Below are positions 28,401 to 35,675 of a DNA stretch of 64,000 nucleotides, piece after piece. Under the pieces are notes generated by a model. The model worked only from the letters and a program-made list of their open reading frames with translations, searched no databases and was not told the origin of the DNA. The first letter of the stretch is position 1. Every line of letters starts with the position of its first letter. The stretch is from Verrucomicrobiaceae bacterium (GTDB lineage: Bacteria > Verrucomicrobiota > Verrucomicrobiia > Verrucomicrobiales > Verrucomicrobiaceae), in contig JAIXZA010000053.1 in NCBI GenBank assembly GCA_027489965.1, forward strand, positions 57,976-121,975, read 5' to 3'. Both the position numbers and the translations under genes were made by a program.

Positions 28401-29641
28401 CGCCAATGCCGCCTGGAAGCAACGCTTTTGATTACCAATGGCTGTTCAAGGGAGAGCCACTGACCAACTCAGCAAACGTCAATGGTACTAATGGCCCGAA
28501 CATTCGTTTCACCCAAGTCACGGCTGACCAAGAGGGTGCCTATACCTGCCAAATCGCCCTGGGCACAAAAACTCTGACCACTCCACCGATCCAACTACAC
28601 GTCGTCAGCAAGCCGCAAATCGCCAGCATTCCAGACATGAACTGGCAGGTAGGCAGACCAGTGGATTTCCAAATCCAGGCTATGCAAAAGAACCTTCGTT
28701 TCAGCATCAAAGGTCTGCCGCCAGGCGTGATCGTGAATGCGCTGACGGGTCAACTCAGCGGCAGGCCCACGAGAGCGGGTAACTACACCCTACGCATTCA
28801 GGTGGAAAATGCGGCGGGTTCCAGCAGCAGCACATCCCGCGTCGTCGTCCTACCTTTACCTGAAGACGTCTTCGGCAGCTTTTTTGGCAACATTTATCGG
28901 AATCCCGAATTCAATGACGGCCTGGGCGGCACGTGGAGTTTGACCGTCACAACGACGGGTGCCTACTCGGCCAAACTGAATCTGGCTACCAGCGAACTGA
29001 GCAGGAAGAAGAAAGGGAAAATGAAGACTCTCACGCTCTCTGGGATCATCTTGCCAAAGGGAGACTTGGCTGAGACGATGCCGGTCTCGCTGCCGCATCC
29101 CACAGGCGGTGCGGCGCTGCAGGTGAGCTTCCGGCTCACGGCTAAGACGGTCGTCAATGGCGAAGATCAGCACACGGCGGCCATTCTTTTTCTGAAAGAG
29201 AATCATCGCGATCAATCGAATGGGGCAGCTTTCGGTCGTGAAAAAACACCCAGAGCAGCCGTCGGCCGGTTCAGCAGTGGTTCTGATCAGAAATTGGATC
29301 TTTGGGTTTCCCCCAGTGGCGCTAGCATTTGGACAGCCAAGATTCAGACAGATTCAGGCCCACACACCGTGACCGGATCGGCACCCTTTATCACTTGGGG
29401 CCCGTCCTTATTTCTGCATCAAATCCTACCTCACCCGACACAGCCTTCATCCATCGTCGGTTTAGTGCAGTGGTTTGGCATTGATACTTGGTCAGGCGAA
29501 ACCGATCTGCGCAGGCCAGAGGCGGTCACGACTGAAGAAACGAATGGGATTCTGATCCCCAGGGATTCAATTCAGGCCAAGCGTGTCAAGCCGCCAGCCC
29601 CTGCCCTGCCCACTCTAGGACCTGCCCCAAAACGATTTTAG
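22427..29641 (+). CDS. 2404-aa secreted multidomain surface protein (choice-of-anchor D/ASH Ig-like repeats, LamG, delta-60 beta-propeller repeats, Ig and putative Ig domains)
   Basis: Signal peptide, repeated .DFG....G.....F.I.N.G...L..A.L.I.SND domains, LamG (WHHVAL..LYVDG..GQVDELRLF), ALAMQDDGKVIVGGEFT / RLNADGS.D.TF repeats, YQWLFKG, FSIKGLPPGV.VNALTGQLSG.PT. Confidence 0.85.
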   Translation: MKLFKITRCRLLLAMLICLGAGSSSGQTAITLEANQKMLSSGMRIEFGSIDIGGYKTQNFTVTNASLSPVTGLTCTLDGANAADFVLSTPTLADLAVGAAVSFSVTYVPELEGKTSVAALHVRSSGGSSYELPLTATGGNLNPTVLVEEVGGAVVTSLSRPLDFGSPMIGQSTSKTFRITNTGTAPLREVSVARDDPWNYRNFWSIGIYPTYTYQYESGFTVTGDITSVIPPGESRSITVTWKPYETVQKTRNITLSWAIRYPPPPPTTYDLTSDPNLLFAGQATSIIIEGIYLSPRPYIPPVRFSIPVTGAAVPYVVTPTPLSGLQYHLGNENSTGQLLPNQAGAPPADPRLGPVTSSVPDGAGLLTDTLIRWKPAAAPYNSLTYYNSNVDWRNYAQMQLRLIPITVPDIEATQKLGVTVVKSPRSVFVTGTGSAAEALGSRMAVAFTGGTRLSHSDMQLPAGDNVGMELWFKPASLSGTQCVAFMGATADAGFGLWLTDGVLQGRAGSLSILASTPALAVEEWHHVALIVQSGSAKLYVDGEFAGSAASVTLPETVKGLSIGAMHDGSSGYEGQVDELRLFEIPANDFDVTRHLLANARPSASLDQTALDYGQVLPAAISRRSAILANIGPGWLRVLSMELMGDGASDYSVSALGPYNSSIPIQPNATPAPVYPTYNWGLTTVGSLFFLDGNSVPANEGVGTKIAYRVAVAPQTKLEAVVTHTAGALGTRPATLRITTNDPAHPVYEIALNATVAAPVPQSKIEVSSDDAWDWGSLLTNGQSNRTYTVRTVGSLPMASFGVEIIGPNAEDITLDTQNNPINNGRVSFSDNGSASIRIDVRPRSSGARYAVLRITSADPVRPEIIIPLYGRGVQAVPEIAVTVHDSGDTRRTSVADGGSAVFKATLSGGHHSLMNCIVHSIGTGTLEGVSANIDGADAADFAIVGELPATLPSPHYSYYHHNAGINLRFTPSRVGSHRAVLHILSNDADESPYDITLTGEGLAPAPIMQVIDRDTVIESGTGFTRMGNAVIGAASVTQTLRLRNAGTAPLTGFTASFSGPNASEFSATLPSHIAAGTAGDVIIAFTPEDIGPRSAVLTLTSNAPNNRTYRMSLGGTGAYGVRSNLAPPAIPGWVGTTMAELPDGSIVMAGYVAAGAGETAPAVPTSRLRIIGKDGSERKRARLQHVTISGIVKSICVRADGSLLLAGDFTRLWGSLRPSNVTTGWMPPPGYDTRPFIDCQGVALILSDTAWMPAQISDVLLTMSSDGQGQAYPLAWSTSFAPPTGTFSGRSVVALPDGKVLVGGSGSLGGRANLLRLNANGTIDPTFTLPEPNGPVNALAMQDDGKVIVGGEFTNLGHDKLPNETTASTTIPSTTTPRSGLCRLNADGSDDATFANRGFRQVMSLAVRGDSIAVGGKGPQYTAMIAGPTTNFITPPPNYVEIDQAVARLLGRNGAILATQTVIEPPQAVALQPGNRMLFSSRFLSFNDTITYPDIAMLQPDSAPKEWFGIKITADVMPTSSVEPFLIKYQQLLGASGVPLAINALIAQADGKVLTAGNFTRAKVGLDRRGYRSEGDQRLPQPTPLLPVLDNSPLPAEKQLAGFAQLDVDGFYHASPEVYAGSGIHWVGAPYETDETTMSDGLRRLDLGTFHGNLGAIDQWLIVPTSSAANPDAITIDGDDAADFGFIPASEGSNHLWLHFTPSHSGKHQARLHVREDGLVNSFDIALEATATGRLPDQVRLADTTGRVYQSTETRDLGSVKLGSSTTLDLRLFNDGLVENSTPFELSLSGIKASDFKVSPTAITSIPGSSRNGTGSVPITVTFTPNDSGPSTAVLNLVTISRGRNGDTRSIPFTLTLTGAGVVESPFFISHPQDVIVMKGTPFNLSFEAIHNYRGFEFEWRQQRGSRDVIIRQQISVTRGTAGNAIHKTSDTLAVAKADATSAGYYHVVIRNEDGTANSRRARVGVVEVVNREFTTTIGGDAAFGVSVSGPPMPPGSNAFDYQWLFKGEPLTNSANVNGTNGPNIRFTQVTADQEGAYTCQIALGTKTLTTPPIQLHVVSKPQIASIPDMNWQVGRPVDFQIQAMQKNLRFSIKGLPPGVIVNALTGQLSGRPTRAGNYTLRIQVENAAGSSSSTSRVVVLPLPEDVFGSFFGNIYRNPEFNDGLGGTWSLTVTTTGAYSAKLNLATSELSRKKKGKMKTLTLSGIILPKGDLAETMPVSLPHPTGGAALQVSFRLTAKTVVNGEDQHTAAILFLKENHRDQSNGAAFGREKTPRAAVGRFSSGSDQKLDLWVSPSGASIWTAKIQTDSGPHTVTGSAPFITWGPSLFLHQILPHPTQPSSIVGLVQWFGIDTWSGETDLRRPEAVTTEETNGILIPRDSIQAKRVKPPAPALPTLGPAPKRF

Positions 29642-29645
29642 ATGA

Positions 29646-30401
29646 TCAGATCCAAGTCGTGTAACCTAACGCCTTCAGCAAGGTGCGCAGGCTCAGACAG
29701 ATCACCAGCACACCGACAACAACCATCATGGGGCGCTGTGGGAGCTTTTTCGTCAAATAGGCTCCGAACGGGGCGGCGATGACGCCACCAAGTGCCAACC
29801 CTGCGATGACCTGCCAGTGACCGAGGCCAATACTCAGGAAAAAGGTGATGGAGGCGGAAAGCGTCACAAAGAACTCCACGGCATTCACGCTGCCGACGGT
29901 CTCGCGAAAGGCATTGCCACGGACGATCAGATTGGTGGCCACGATCGGACCCCATCCGCCACCGCCGACAGCATCCAGAAAGGAGCCGATCAGTGCTAAC
30001 GGTGTCAGTTTGGTCGTCACCTCACGTGGGGGAAAAGGCAGAAAGGCCTTGGTGATGATGATCACTCCCATGATCATGAGGTAGCCGGAAATATAGGGCT
30101 TGATGATGTCGCCATTGATAGAGCTGAGGACATAAGCCCCCACCGCTGCACCAATGATCCCAGGGATGAGCAATCGGCGAAAAAGGTCCCGGCTAATGTT
30201 CCCAAACGCATGATGCGAGATGGCTGAGGCACCCGTCGTAAAACACTCGGCAGCATGAACCGTGCTACTCACCACCGCTGGCGGCACACCCCAGCCCATG
30301 AGCAGGCTGGACGCCGTGACGCCATAGGCCATGCCCAGCGCGCCATCGATGATTTGAGCCAGAAAACCAGCGATGATGTAAACGAGAAAATTATGATCCA
30401 T
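29646..30401 (-). CDS. Sulfite exporter TauE/SafE family membrane protein
   Basis: GFLAQIIDGALGMAYGV, GGGGWGPI, GSVNAVEFFV. Multiple TMs. ATG at 30401 preferred. Confidence 0.9.
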   Translation of the reverse strand: MDHNFLVYIIAGFLAQIIDGALGMAYGVTASSLLMGWGVPPAVVSSTVHAAECFTTGASAISHHAFGNISRDLFRRLLIPGIIGAAVGAYVLSSINGDIIKPYISGYLMIMGVIIITKAFLPFPPREVTTKLTPLALIGSFLDAVGGGGWGPIVATNLIVRGNAFRETVGSVNAVEFFVTLSASITFFLSIGLGHWQVIAGLALGGVIAAPFGAYLTKKLPQRPMMVVVGVLVICLSLRTLLKALGYTTWI

Positions 30402-30585
30402 GAAGAGCCTGAAAGTGATCCGAGAAATCTCGGGAGTGGAACTAATGCATGGACAAAGACCCATGTTCAAGCTAAAAGTTGACTATTCCCGTAGGGTAAG
30501 TCTAGAGTGATCTATTTTACCCCTTTTCTCCCTCAATGCCCCTGCTTGCCAGCTCGCAATCGCGGCCTAATTTCCCCACTTTCTC

Positions 30586-32919
30586 ATGACCCACGCCGTT
30601 CTAAGCCTCCTCAAAGAAAACCGCCACCCCATCCGCATCGATCTCATCGGAGTTGCGGGCTCGGGAATGAGTGGGTTAGCCCTGCTGCTTCTGGCGCTCG
30701 GTCACAAGGTCAGCGGATCCGATAAGGCCACGACAGTAGAGACGGAGCGCCTGCAAAAGCTGGGACTGCAATTTTTCCACGGGCACACAGAGCGTGAGGT
30801 CGAAGACTGTGACATGGTCATTTACTCCAGCGCCATCAAACCAGGCAATGTGGCCTATGAATCGGCTTATAAACAAGGCATCCCGCTGGTGCGCCGTGCC
30901 GAGGCTCTGGCTGCGGTGATGGCAAATAAAAAAGGCGTGGTCGTCGGTGGAACCCATGGAAAAACAACGACCTCAGCACTCACCGCCCACGTTTTAAGGC
31001 AAGGCGGCATGAAACCGAGTCACTATGTGGGCGCGGAGATTCCGATTCTGGGCTCAAACGCGCACTGGGATACCGAAGGCGAGCTGTTTGTGGCCGAGGG
31101 AGATGAGAGCGACGGCACGCTTGTAAACTTCCACCCGCAGCACTCGATCATTCTCAACATTGAGCCCGAGCACCTGGATTTCTATGATGGGATCGAGGCG
31201 ATAAAGGTCGTCTTCCGCCAGTTGCTCAGCCAGACGCCAGGTTACTGGGTGTATTGCGCCGAAGATCCCGTCGCACATGAAGTCTGCGGCGGCACGGAGC
31301 ATTCCGTGAGTTATGGCTGGAGCCGCGACCATGATTTTTCAGCTACCATTTTAGAGATGAAGCCGGACCACTCTGACTTTGAGGTGTATCACAAAGACCA
31401 GCTTCTCGGCGTGGCCACGCTTGGCATTCCGGGCAAGCACAACGTCTCGAATGCTCTCGCTGCGATTGCTCTAGCCACGAAGGTCGGGGTCACGTTTGAG
31501 AGTATCCAACACGCGCTCAAGACCTTTCGCGGAGCCAAGCGCCGCTTTGAAATCCGGCACAGTGGCGAGCGCTTTACCGTGGTGGACGATTATGGCCATC
31601 ACCCGAGTGAAATCGCAGCAACACTGGCCACGGCCAAGGGGCTCCAGCCCAAGCGGATCGTCTGCGTTTTCCAGCCTCATCGCTACAGCCGCACGCAACT
31701 TTTGAAAAAGGAGTTCGGCGCTTCCTTTGATGACGTGGATGAGCTTTTTGTCACCGACATCTACGCAGCCAGTGAAAAGCCTCTGCCTGGAGTCACTGGA
31801 AACACCATCGTGGAAGAAGTCCGTGAGCATGACCAAGCACGCGGTGTGATCCGCCCGGCTGCCAGCTTTCAATTCACGCCTACGATGCTCATTTCTCGAG
31901 ACAAAGTCGGCAATGCCCTGCGTCCAGGAGATCTACTGATCACCCTTGGAGCCGGCAACGTCCATGAAGTAGGCCGCTGCATCTCCCGTGATCTGCCTGT
32001 GCTGGAAAAGCTCTGGGAACTCCTCGAAGCCAACGGCGGCGGCAGCGCCAAGCTGTATGAACCCATGAACCGCCACACGACCTTCCTCATCGGTGGGCCA
32101 GCGCAGTATTGGATCGAACCGCGCAGCGTTTCTGGCTTTGCGGAGATCGTGCGCTACCTGCGCTCAGCCAGCGTGCCAATCCGAGTCATCGGTCGCGGTT
32201 CCAATCTACTCGTCAAAGATGGCGGCATTCGCGGTGCGGTGATTCATCCTAGCAAAGGCGACTTTGAAGAAGTGCGGCACGAAAACGGCCAGCTAATTTG
32301 CGGAGTTGGTGCCCGCTTAAAAAAGATCGCCAGTGCCGCACGCAATGCCGGCATCGGCGGCATGGAGTGGATGGAAGGCGTGCCCGGCAACCTCGGCGGA
32401 GCGATCCGCATGAACGCCGGAGCCATGGGCGTCGAAATGGCGGATAACTTAGTCAGCGTGCGCTTCATCGCCGCCGATGGCAGCATTCAGGAGAAGCCGC
32501 TGAGCGAGATCCAGCATCAGTATCGCAGCATCGCCGAGTTTGAAGATCACTACATCGTCAGCGCCGTGCTGAAAGGCCATCCAGCGCCCATCGCTGACAT
32601 TGATGCAGGCCTGGAAGCCAGCCGAATCAAACGCCGCAACAGCCAGCCCATCGGTGCCAGTGCAGGCTGCATGTTTAAAAACCCCGAACTCTGCGGCGCT
32701 GGTAAGCTTGTGGATGACCTCGGACTTAAAGGCAAGCGCGTCGGCCAAGTGGTTGTCTCCCAGGTGCATGGTAATTTCTTCGTCAATGAAGGCGGAGCCA
32801 CTGCACGGGAGGTGCTGGATCTCGTCACCGAAATCAAAGAAGTGGCTCAGCGCGAGCGCGGAGTTCAACTTGAAATGGAGGTCAAAGTGATCGGTGAAGA
32901 TCAACCTCTGGTGCTGTGA
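30586..32919 (+). CDS. murC: Fused UDP-N-acetylmuramate--L-alanine ligase (MurC) and UDP-N-acetylenolpyruvoylglucosamine reductase (MurB)
   Basis: MurC motifs: IGVAGSGMSGLA, GTHGKTTT, EGDESDG, DDYGHHP, FQPHRYSRT, TLGAGNV. MurB motifs: HTTFLIGGPA, GRGSNLLV, GVPGNLGGAIRMNAGA, SAGCMFKNP, HGNFFVN. One continuous frame. Confidence 0.95.
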   Translation: MTHAVLSLLKENRHPIRIDLIGVAGSGMSGLALLLLALGHKVSGSDKATTVETERLQKLGLQFFHGHTEREVEDCDMVIYSSAIKPGNVAYESAYKQGIPLVRRAEALAAVMANKKGVVVGGTHGKTTTSALTAHVLRQGGMKPSHYVGAEIPILGSNAHWDTEGELFVAEGDESDGTLVNFHPQHSIILNIEPEHLDFYDGIEAIKVVFRQLLSQTPGYWVYCAEDPVAHEVCGGTEHSVSYGWSRDHDFSATILEMKPDHSDFEVYHKDQLLGVATLGIPGKHNVSNALAAIALATKVGVTFESIQHALKTFRGAKRRFEIRHSGERFTVVDDYGHHPSEIAATLATAKGLQPKRIVCVFQPHRYSRTQLLKKEFGASFDDVDELFVTDIYAASEKPLPGVTGNTIVEEVREHDQARGVIRPAASFQFTPTMLISRDKVGNALRPGDLLITLGAGNVHEVGRCISRDLPVLEKLWELLEANGGGSAKLYEPMNRHTTFLIGGPAQYWIEPRSVSGFAEIVRYLRSASVPIRVIGRGSNLLVKDGGIRGAVIHPSKGDFEEVRHENGQLICGVGARLKKIASAARNAGIGGMEWMEGVPGNLGGAIRMNAGAMGVEMADNLVSVRFIAADGSIQEKPLSEIQHQYRSIAEFEDHYIVSAVLKGHPAPIADIDAGLEASRIKRRNSQPIGASAGCMFKNPELCGAGKLVDDLGLKGKRVGQVVVSQVHGNFFVNEGGATAREVLDLVTEIKEVAQRERGVQLEMEVKVIGEDQPLVL

Positions 32920-33054
32920 GCTGCAAAAGCGGCGTCCTGACCATGAAAATCATAAGAACTCGATAAAAAGATCCAAAAAAGAATCATTAGATCACAAAAA
33001 AGAAGATTCGTTCTTGCCAGACTGGGGTCTAATTGGCTAAAACTATAAATCCGC

Positions 33055-33474
33055 ATGAAAAATCGTATCGTCCTTTCCATCCTCGCCCTCTGCGCTCTAT
33101 GCACAGCAGCAGTGGCAGACATCCAGTCGCCTCCTGGCCACCACTTCAACTGGAGCCGCAAGCTCAGCCGTGGTCTCGGAAACATCATGTACGGCTTCAC
33201 AGAGCCCTTCAGTGTCTGGCAGCGCACCAACCGCAGTGACGGTGCCAATGCTGCCGCTGCCGATTTCTTTGTTGAAGGCATCAAGCGCACCATCGTCCGT
33301 GCTGGCTACGGCGTTTATGAAATCGCCACCTTCCCGCAACCGACTTGGAAGAACACTTATCGCCCACCTTACTACCGCAAAGAAAAAATCGATCCATGGT
33401 GGGGTTACACCGAGTTCGCTCCAGATCTCGGAGCAGGTGCCCATGCTGATTACAGCCGAAGTGTTAGCTGGTAA
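33055..33474 (+). CDS. Exosortase-system-associated protein, TIGR04073-like
   Basis: Signal peptide, then RKLSRGLGNIMYGFTE..GIKRTIVRAGYGVYEIATFP.P. Confidence 0.75.
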   Translation: MKNRIVLSILALCALCTAAVADIQSPPGHHFNWSRKLSRGLGNIMYGFTEPFSVWQRTNRSDGANAAAADFFVEGIKRTIVRAGYGVYEIATFPQPTWKNTYRPPYYRKEKIDPWWGYTEFAPDLGAGAHADYSRSVSW

Positions 33475-33493
33475 TTCAATTTGATTAAATCAG

Positions 33494-33524
33494 GGCGCAG
33501 GTCGAAAGACCTGCGCCTTTTTTT
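33494..33524 (+). terminator. Rho-independent terminator
   Basis: GGCGCAGGTC-gaaa-GACCTGCGCC followed by TTTTTTT. Confidence 0.92.
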
Positions 33525-33602
33525 GTTTTAGCTCATCAATCCGGTCCACCTGACTGCTTGACGAATCCTGCCAGATGCTGAATATTTGTATATATTATAA
33601 AT

Positions 33603-34178
33603 GTGATAAAATCAAAGCGCGACTATTTGGCCTATCTTGAAGCCGATCGTCAAGCCCTCGGCCGCCAAGGCAGAGGGCCGCTTTTTCTTATTCAGGACCC
33701 CATTTGGTATTTTCAGCGTCTGCTTAGAAAGTTAGAGTTCTACCACAACTGCCGTTCTTCCACCTTCTGGTGGCCACTGCGGATGTGGGTAAAGTACCGC
33801 TACAAAAGCGCCCGTTTACTTCTGGGGATTAATATTCCGCCCAATGTGATCGGACCTGGTCTGCTCCTAGCTCATGAAGGTCCAATCCTCATCCATGACG
33901 ATGCGCGGATCGGTAGCCACTTTGCCACAAATATTGGCGTGGTCATCGGCATCGGCAGAGAAGAAAAAGACGTGCCTGTCATCGGTAATCATGTCCTCGT
34001 CGAACCGGGTGCCAAAATCTTTGGGGGCATCACCATCGCCGACTGGACCCACATCGGAGCCAATGCCGTGGTGAATAAATCAGTCACTGAGGTGGGGATG
34101 ATCGTCGCAGGTGTGCCGGCGCGGATAATCAAGCCCAGCCCGCTTTACCTGGAGGCAAAGGCATCAGGCTTAGCTTAA
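33603..34178 (+). CDS. Hexapeptide-repeat (serine acetyltransferase-like) EPS O-acetyltransferase
   Basis: IGPGLLLAHEGPILIH, PVIGNHVLVEPGAKIFGGITIAD..IGANAVV, VAGVPARII. Confidence 0.85.
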   Translation: MIKSKRDYLAYLEADRQALGRQGRGPLFLIQDPIWYFQRLLRKLEFYHNCRSSTFWWPLRMWVKYRYKSARLLLGINIPPNVIGPGLLLAHEGPILIHDDARIGSHFATNIGVVIGIGREEKDVPVIGNHVLVEPGAKIFGGITIADWTHIGANAVVNKSVTEVGMIVAGVPARIIKPSPLYLEAKASGLA

Positions 34179-35558
34179 ATCAGCTTGGATCTTCCCCTGA
34201 ATCTGCCGCAGAACATAGAGGCAGGCCATTCCTGCTGAAAGCATCTGCACCAGCACACTAGAAAGCGCAATCCCGGCAGCCCCCATGTTCTGCATCAAAA
34301 TCCAATTTAGCGACGCATTCGCGATCAAGCCAATCGCCGAAAGAACCAAGATAAATCGAGTGGCTTGCAGAGCCACCACGACACGGGAAGCTAGGCCACC
34401 CAAAATGTAAAAGGGAATCTGAAGCGCTGCAAAACGCAGCACATGCGCCACACGTTCCGTATCCGATGCTGAGAATGTCCCACGCTCGAAAAGCAGCTGA
34501 ATCACTACTGGTGCTAACCAACAGAGAAGCAAAGCCGCCGGCAGCGCAAAGCTCAGGATGATCCCTGCACTACTGAAAAGCTGGCGCCTAATCCCGTGCC
34601 AATCTCGGCGCGCCACCTTATCGGCAAAGTAAGGAAACAGCACATCGCAGGCAGGAGAGGCAGTGAGTGCGAGAATGATGCCACAAACCTTATCCGTATA
34701 ACCAAGCACAGCCACACTGCCCGGCTCCAGCCAGGCGGCCATCGTCTGATCCACGACGACGACGCTGGTAAAAATGGCTCCCGCAAAAACAAAAGGAACC
34801 GCATTTTTCATCACGTGCTGCATTTCCGGCTCCCATCGGAAGAGGCAATGCCATAAAAAACTCAAGCTTGGCTTAAACGCACGCCAGAGCACCAGCGTGA
34901 GCGTAAGCATGTGCAAGAGCGTGCCCAACAGGCTTCCATATAGTAGAGTCTGCAAATTGGATTCTGCGCCATCTTTGAAAAAGAAAATCAAGATGACCAA
35001 AGGGACAAGGACTGGCGCGGCTGTGGCAATAGTGAAAAATTTGTCCGCTCGTAACCAGGCGCTCAGCTGAAAGCTCATCCCATAGCACATCATCAACGGC
35101 ATGAGCTGGCGCATCATTTCCACTGCCAGCTGCTTCTTTCCAGCCGTAAACCCAGTGGCGATCCAGCCAACATAAAAGGGGGACGCAAAATAAAGAACAC
35201 TGCCGATAAAAATCAGTACAAGCGCATGAACCATGCAACTCTGAACTGCCAGACGATACGCCCGTCCCTCACTCTGCTGATAACGCATCTCGGCATACAT
35301 TGGTAAGAACGACTCAGGGATGCCACCCCCCACAAGGGCCGCCAGAAAGGCCAGAAAGCCGAATGAAAACATGAAAGCATCCAGCGAATCACTGGTACCA
35401 AACTGACGCGCGACCACCGCATCCTTCACGAACGACAAGGCTTTTGACCCCAAAGTCAGCAATGCCACCAACACAAATCCCGACGCCATGCGGGAGGCTA
35501 AACCACGCTGGAATAGACTTTTGAAAGAGGTGGTTAACTTCTGAATGAGGTGCGTCAA
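34170..35558 (-). CDS. murJ: MurJ/MviN-family (MOP) flippase
   Basis: A.QFGTSDSLDAF, VVDQTMAAWLEPGSVAVLGY, LLFERGTFSASDT, MGAAGIAL. The start is uncertain (TTG 35558, ATG 35489, or 35648). It may flip EPS repeat units rather than lipid II. Confidence 0.8.
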   Translation of the reverse strand: MTHLIQKLTTSFKSLFQRGLASRMASGFVLVALLTLGSKALSFVKDAVVARQFGTSDSLDAFMFSFGFLAFLAALVGGGIPESFLPMYAEMRYQQSEGRAYRLAVQSCMVHALVLIFIGSVLYFASPFYVGWIATGFTAGKKQLAVEMMRQLMPLMMCYGMSFQLSAWLRADKFFTIATAAPVLVPLVILIFFFKDGAESNLQTLLYGSLLGTLLHMLTLTLVLWRAFKPSLSFLWHCLFRWEPEMQHVMKNAVPFVFAGAIFTSVVVVDQTMAAWLEPGSVAVLGYTDKVCGIILALTASPACDVLFPYFADKVARRDWHGIRRQLFSSAGIILSFALPAALLLCWLAPVVIQLLFERGTFSASDTERVAHVLRFAALQIPFYILGGLASRVVVALQATRFILVLSAIGLIANASLNWILMQNMGAAGIALSSVLVQMLSAGMACLYVLRQIQGKIQADLS

Positions 35559-35675
35559 GTGTCCAAATACTATAAAGCCTCTCCCCGTGGCGGCAAATAC
35601 TGTCACGACGAAGGTCGAACAAAGTTGGAGACAAGCCCGCAGATGCATCCCATACTAGCCGCCCCTATTCTGGCC

